DNA from: Octopus bimaculoides
Lineage: Eukaryota
Direction: 5' to 3'
Length of the DNA: 32,232 nt
Assembly (NCBI RefSeq): GCF_001194135.2
Contig: NC_068992.1
Span: 27,905,792-27,938,023, forward strand
In this document: positions 30,701-32,232 of the stretch, piece after piece
Layout: the number at the start of each line of letters is the position of its first letter
Position numbering within the stretch: position 1 is the first letter of the stretch
Position numbers and translations under genes: made by a program
The notes under the pieces: generated by a model
Told to the model about the DNA's origin: nothing
Database searches by the model: none
What the model saw: only the letters and a program-made list of their open reading frames with translations

Positions 30701-32016
30701 TGCTTATGTTCAACGAACAGATTTATGGTGGGAAAACCAGGGCAAGTGGAAGGCTCAAGTGCACAGTGCTGATGTAAGTTGATGACATTGTTATGGTTTA
30801 TTTAAGAGCATTGAAGAGGTTAAAGCAGTTGATTGCTCAAGATTAAATGTCTTACTATGTTTAGTTTTGTCCCTCTATGTTCTGAGTTCAGACTCTAATG
30901 ATGTTGACATTACTGTTCAATATAAGGTTAATAAAAAGGGTCAGCCATGACATAAGACCAGGCTGTGAAATGGTTGTGATAATGATGAAGAAGCTTAGGG
31001 ATCTTTTGTATATTTATTTTTTGCTATCTCATGTCCATGTCTATAATACTCTCTCTCTCTCATTTTCTGTTTCTACATGTATATCTCTTTTACTCTTTTA
31101 CTTGTTTCAGTCATTTGACTGTGGCCATGCTGGAGCACCGCCTTTAGTCGAGCAAATCAACCCCAGGACTTATTCTTTGGAAGCCTAGTACTTATTCTAC
31201 CGGTCTCTTTTGCCGAACCGCTAAGTTACAGGGACGTAAACACACCAGCATCGGTTGTCAAGCGATGTTAGGGGGATAAACACAGACACTCAAACATATA
31301 CACACACATACATACATATATATACATATATGCGATGGGCTTCTTTCAGTTTCCGTCTACCAAATCCACTCAGAAGGCTTTGGTCAGCCCGAGGCTATAG
31401 TAGAAGACACTTGCCCAAGATGCCACGCAGTGGGACTGAACCCGGAACCATGTGGTTGGTAAGCAAGCTACTTACCACACAGTCACTCCTGCACCTATAT
31501 ATTTAATCATGTGTGTGTATTGCTTTTTTTTAATCCTTGGCCCAGCTGAGGAATTTTACCTGAAGACACTTGGAAAGAAAATAAATTGAAACATTGTATC
31601 AATATCCAAGATCAGAAATACTGCCCCAGAAATATATATCACTGTTAAACACACCTGTATGTAGGATTACAAATCTGAAACTTGTTTGATTATAGATTAT
31701 AGATCTGTTTGGCCAAGATTGGATTATAGATATGGTTGGCCAAGGTTGGATTGGAGCTAAACAACCACCATGGCATATATTCTCACTAACTCTAAAGCCT
31801 GATTTATTAATTATTTATTGAGTCATTATCATTACCTTTACCATTGTTTGTTAATTGTTTATTTCGTAACAGATTGTTTCAGAGGGAGACAAATTAACTC
31901 CTTACTTTGTTATTGGCGTCGATGTTGATGATTCCGACTCATTGATGAAAAGTGAAGGCTGGTCAATTTCTCGAACATTGGCTGATTTTGGTGTTTTGCA
32001 TGAAAAGCTCATCCAG
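4062..32016 (+). CDS. SNX25: Sorting nexin-25 orthologue (SNX-RGS family: TM-PXA-RGS-PX-[PXC]); 15 coding exons in the window, 3'-incomplete
   Basis: Exons 4062-4286, 5161-5321, 7199-7330, 8135-8310, 10792-10978, 12119-12192, 13997-14073, 16267-16380, 17189-17280, 18899-18938, 23391-23510, 26934-27075, 28267-28439, 30633-30773, 31873-32016. All introns are GT-AG and phases are compatible, giving 666 uninterrupted codons. Peptides such as [51 protein letters not shown] and [14 protein letters not shown] match SNX25 as I recall it, rather than SNX13/14/19. Confidence 0.93.
4347..4930 (-). mobile_element. 5'-truncated RTE-clade LINE: ORF2 C-terminus + 3' UTR + (GAT)n tail
   Basis: Minus strand ...[12 protein letters not shown]...[13 protein letters not shown]...RKT..VVKRDL.MLGLTE...AVLEKT, followed by the abundant 'aggaagggcatccagctgtagaaa' 3' UTR and GAT repeats. 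Confidence 0.8.
5161..5321 (+). CDS. SNX25: SNX25 coding exon 2 (PXA start)
   Basis: Long pyrimidine tract + cag at 5158-5160; ...[21 protein letters not shown]...; donor gtgagt at 5322; phase 0 to 2. Confidence 0.92.
5335..5406. repeat. (TTA)n microsatellite
   Basis: About 24 near-perfect TTA units starting just after the exon 2 donor. Confidence 0.95.
5407..6462 (-). mobile_element. 5'-truncated R4/Dong-type (restriction-like endonuclease) non-LTR retrotransposon ending in (TAA)n
   Basis: [21 protein letters not shown]; CCHC knuckle [18 protein letters not shown] (6065-6012); [22 protein letters not shown]...IIDFTVPND...EKIAKYQDL...GALGTIPK...[14 protein letters not shown]; 3' end abuts the (TTA)n array at 5335-5406. 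Confidence 0.85.
6594..6891 (+). mobile_element. 3' fragment of a second R4/Dong-type element, bounded by (TAA)n on both sides
   Basis: [24 protein letters not shown]...[20 protein letters not shown], then a 3' UTR ending in aataataat. Confidence 0.8.
6892..7172 (+). repeat. TAA-tailed repeat fragment, possibly the 3' part of another TAA-targeting element
   Basis: A/C-rich segment lying between two (TAA)n tracts; no clear protein motif. Confidence 0.35.
7199..7330 (+). CDS. SNX25: SNX25 coding exon 3 (PXA)
   Basis: actcacag|; [35 protein letters not shown]; donor gtaagt at 7331; phase 2 to 2. Confidence 0.92.
7435..7760 (-). mobile_element. Young copy of the RTE-3'UTR-derived short element with (GAT)n tail
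   Basis: 6 mismatches in 176 nt against the opposite-strand copy at 24577-24752; carries about two 66-bp internal units. Confidence 0.85.
8135..8310 (+). CDS. SNX25: SNX25 coding exon 4 (PXA)
   Basis: ctgttag|; [17 protein letters not shown]...VLLP...[12 protein letters not shown]; donor gtaagc at 8311; phase 2 to 1. Confidence 0.92.
9659..9880. mobile_element. Degenerate piggyBac-like MITE
   Basis: Right end GGTTTAAATGCTAAAGGG|TTAA; left end decayed (TAACCCT...). Confidence 0.4.
10792..10978 (+). CDS. SNX25: SNX25 coding exon 5 (PXA end)
   Basis: cttctag|; [19 protein letters not shown]...[15 protein letters not shown]...LKQLR; donor gtaaga at 10979; phase 1 to 2. Confidence 0.94.
12119..12192 (+). 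CDS. SNX25: SNX25 coding exon 6
   Basis: ttttgtag|; [24 protein letters not shown]; donor gtaaat at 12193; phase 2 to 1. Confidence 0.9.
12322..12534 (+). mobile_element. Full-length SINE with perfect 17-bp target-site duplication
   Basis: TSD AAATTTCATCTCTGTTA at 12305-12321 and 12535-12551; A-box-like TGGCAGAAACG, B-box-like GAGTTCAAATTCC; core GCCTTTCATCCTTTCGGG..GATAAATTAAGTACCAG; relatives at about 7815-7995, 15690-15840, 19195-19290, 22690-23212. Confidence 0.85.
12610..12960 (+). mobile_element. Old RTE-like LINE ORF2 C-terminal fragment
   Basis: ...[48 protein letters not shown]...HATWSQQI. Confidence 0.6.
13304..13463 (+). mobile_element. Young RTE-3'UTR-derived short element with (GAT)n tail
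   Basis: About 9 differences in about 135 nt against the 7435 copy, opposite orientation. Confidence 0.85.
13997..14073 (+). CDS. SNX25: SNX25 coding exon 7
   Basis: ttcttcag|; [26 protein letters not shown]; donor gtaagg at 14074; phase 1 to 0. Confidence 0.92.
14945..15391 (-). mobile_element. RTE-3'UTR-derived element with an internal tandem array of about 66-bp units
   Basis: (CAT)n end at 14945; units start at about 15113, 15176, 15242, 15308, 15354. Confidence 0.8.
15410..15666. repeat. Direct repeat, copy 1 (copy 2 at 16428-16662)
   Basis: Shares body, an internal deletion and the flank TTGGAAAATTAAGATAA.CACAAGTAT with 16428-16662. Confidence 0.8.
16267..16380 (+). CDS. SNX25: SNX25 coding exon 8
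   Basis: tttcag|; [20 protein letters not shown]...PGRK; donor gtaagt at 16381; phase 0 to 0. Confidence 0.92.
16428..16662. repeat. Direct repeat, copy 2 (copy 1 at 15410-15666)
   Basis: As above; this copy keeps the (CAT)n tail at 16401-16415. Confidence 0.8.
16683..16856 (+). mobile_element. Headless copy of the SINE carrying a hammerhead-ribozyme-like motif
   Basis: (TAA)n + body nearly identical to 30420-30600; GACAC-CTGATAA-A-GGCTG..CAGCC-GAAAC-GTT-GTGTT at 16760-16805. Confidence 0.75.
17189..17280 (+). CDS. SNX25: SNX25 coding exon 9 (RGS start)
   Basis: tactacag|; [30 protein letters not shown]; donor gtaagt at 17281; phase 0 to 2. Confidence 0.88.
17740..18430 (+). mobile_element. 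Decayed RTE LINE ORF2 3' fragment
   Basis: [12 protein letters not shown]...RIRTG.GKFKELL...[16 protein letters not shown]...ERNEESML...LYGHV...GRERLKKT...KTDL. Confidence 0.8.
18490..18823 (+). mobile_element. tRNA-headed SINE with RTE-type 3' tail and (GAT)n
   Basis: Head gtgtggtcaaga...gtgttcagtcccac; tail aggaaggacatccagccatagaaa...tccaactcctgctagcttggaaa...gatgatg; opposite-strand relative at about 14330-14560. Confidence 0.65.
18899..18938 (+). CDS. SNX25: SNX25 coding exon 10 (40-nt exon, RGS)
   Basis: ttttgtag|; [14 protein letters not shown] (RGS 'FW' motif); donor AAG|gtaggt at 18939; phase 2 to 0. Confidence 0.88.
19608..22528 (-). mobile_element. Near-full-length fossil hAT DNA transposon (ZMYM1-like / DUF4371 transposase), about 2.9 kb
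   Basis: Left end CAGTGGCGTACCTAG; right end CTTGGTATGCC (degenerate and truncated); subterminal GTGCCG..GGGC.GA motif at both ends; internal transposase fragments. Confidence 0.85.
19860..22200 (-). pseudogene. hAT transposase pseudogene (TTF-type Zn finger, DUF4371, hATC dimerisation domain), multiple stops and frameshifts
   Basis: [19 protein letters not shown]...HESNPAH; [10 protein letters not shown]; QISLVLRYV; [12 protein letters not shown]; [10 protein letters not shown]; [25 protein letters not shown]. Confidence 0.88.
22849..23145. mobile_element. 297-bp hAT (Charlie-like) MITE nested in a SINE
   Basis: TIRs CAGGGGTTTTCAAACT / AGTTTGAAAACCCGTG (15/16); perfect 8-bp TSD GTCTATGT at 22841-22848 and 23146-23153. 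Confidence 0.92.
23391..23510 (+). CDS. SNX25: SNX25 coding exon 11 (RGS)
   Basis: ttttacag|; [40 protein letters not shown]; donor gtaagt at 23511; phase 0 to 0. Confidence 0.88.
23655..24070 (+). mobile_element. Decayed RTE reverse-transcriptase fragment (internally deleted)
   Basis: [12 protein letters not shown]...FQAWKRNL...[12 protein letters not shown]; later [22 protein letters not shown]. Confidence 0.75.
24072..24558 (-). mobile_element. RTE LINE 3' end (last ORF2 codons + 3' UTR + GAT tail)
   Basis: Minus strand [26 protein letters not shown], then the same 3' UTR as at 4347. Confidence 0.75.
24577..24782 (+). mobile_element. Young RTE-3'UTR-derived element with long (GAT)n tail
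   Basis: 6 mismatches in 176 nt against 7458-7633 (inverted). Confidence 0.88.
25685..26522. other. Assembly gap (838 N); other gaps at 2902-2911 and 29623-29847
   Basis: Runs of N; the two large gaps abut (TA)n tracts. Confidence 0.99.
26731..26899. mobile_element. 169-bp hAT (Charlie-like) MITE
   Basis: TIRs CAGTGGTTCCCAACCT / AGTTTGAGAACCACTG (14/16); 8-bp TSD TTCTACAG / CTCTACAG (7/8). Confidence 0.88.
26934..27075 (+). CDS. SNX25: SNX25 coding exon 12 (RGS end)
   Basis: ctcttgcag|; [30 protein letters not shown]; donor gtaaga at 27076; phase 0 to 1. Confidence 0.92.
28267..28439 (+). CDS. SNX25: SNX25 coding exon 13 (coiled-coil linker)
   Basis: (CT)n tract + ttgcag|; ...[19 protein letters not shown]...; donor AAG|gtgggt at 28440; phase 1 to 0. 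Confidence 0.9.
28680..28892 (+). mobile_element. RTE-3'UTR-derived element, older copy
   Basis: aaaagcacccactacattctcagagtgattggcattaggaagggcatccagctgtag...ggacgttaaacaacaatgatgat. Confidence 0.7.
28896..29220 (+). mobile_element. tRNA-derived SINE (separate family); partial second copy at about 29945-30130
   Basis: A box TGGCTGAGTGG, B box GGTTCGATTCC; body aattcaaaggg.ca.cctt.tcaca..gtgtcacactgaat...ggagtactca shared with 29945-30130. Confidence 0.75.
29283..29598 (-). mobile_element. tRNA-derived SINE (separate family)
   Basis: Minus-strand head GGCTCAGTGGTTAGAG...GAGTTTGATTCCC, then a non-tRNA body; head fragment of a relative at about 27670-27785. Confidence 0.7.
30346..30600 (+). mobile_element. 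tRNA-headed SINE carrying a hammerhead-ribozyme-like module
   Basis: A box TGGTGTAGTGG (30347), B box GTTCGATTCC (30392), (TAA)n linker, GACAC-CTGATGA-A-GGCTGG..CCAGCC-AAAAC-ATT-GTG (30497-30540), tail of TGTAAATAA-like repeats. Confidence 0.78.
30633..30773 (+). CDS. SNX25: SNX25 coding exon 14 (coiled coil to PX start)
   Basis: ctttacag|; [13 protein letters not shown]...[20 protein letters not shown]; donor gtaagt at 30774; phase 0 to 0. Confidence 0.93.
31089..31495 (-). mobile_element. Full-length tRNA-derived SINE with internal (CA/TA)n and (AAAAGAGT) tail
   Basis: Minus-strand head GTGTGGTAAGTAG...GGGTTCAGTCCC; body TAGAATAAGTACTAGGC...; partial relatives at about 36-84, 8640-8800, 15845-16022. 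Confidence 0.8.
31873..32016 (+). CDS. SNX25: SNX25 coding exon 15 (PX domain, N-terminal half)
   Basis: gtaacag|; [18 protein letters not shown]...[20 protein letters not shown]; donor CAG|gtaaat at 32017; phase 0 to 0. Confidence 0.92.
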
Positions 32017-32232
32017 GTAAATATATTAGTTTTATTTGTTACAGCATCAAAGTAGAATGAGTATACCTGCAAGAGATCATTATATATTATATATATACAT
32101 GCATACACACACATACACACACACACATATAATAGTCCAACCCATACCAGCATAAAAAGTGGACATTAAACAATGATGATGAAGATGATGATAATCACAT
32201 TATATTACTGTATATATATATATATATATATA

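Overview
AT-rich, repeat-dense eukaryotic genomic DNA. The repeat content looks like an octopus or other coleoid cephalopod (inference). The window is dominated by one + strand gene, a sorting nexin-25 (SNX25/Snazarus) orthologue. I traced 15 GT-AG coding exons from ATG 4062 to 32016 that join in frame (1998 nt, 666 codons: N-terminal hydrophobic segments, PXA, RGS, coiled-coil, start of PX). The gene continues past the window end. A CpG-richer block at about 2.1-3.3 kb looks like a bidirectional promoter with a possible divergent first exon. Introns hold a decayed CR1/L2-type LINE, RTE LINE fragments and their (GAT)n-tailed 3'-UTR derivatives, TAA-anchored R4/Dong-type elements, a 2.9-kb fossil hAT transposon, several MITEs, several tRNA-derived SINE families, microsatellites and three N gaps. 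The most unusual observation is a tRNA-headed SINE whose body folds as a minimal type I hammerhead ribozyme. It has two sense-strand intronic copies, each inactivated at different core positions. All alignments and mismatch counts were done by eye.
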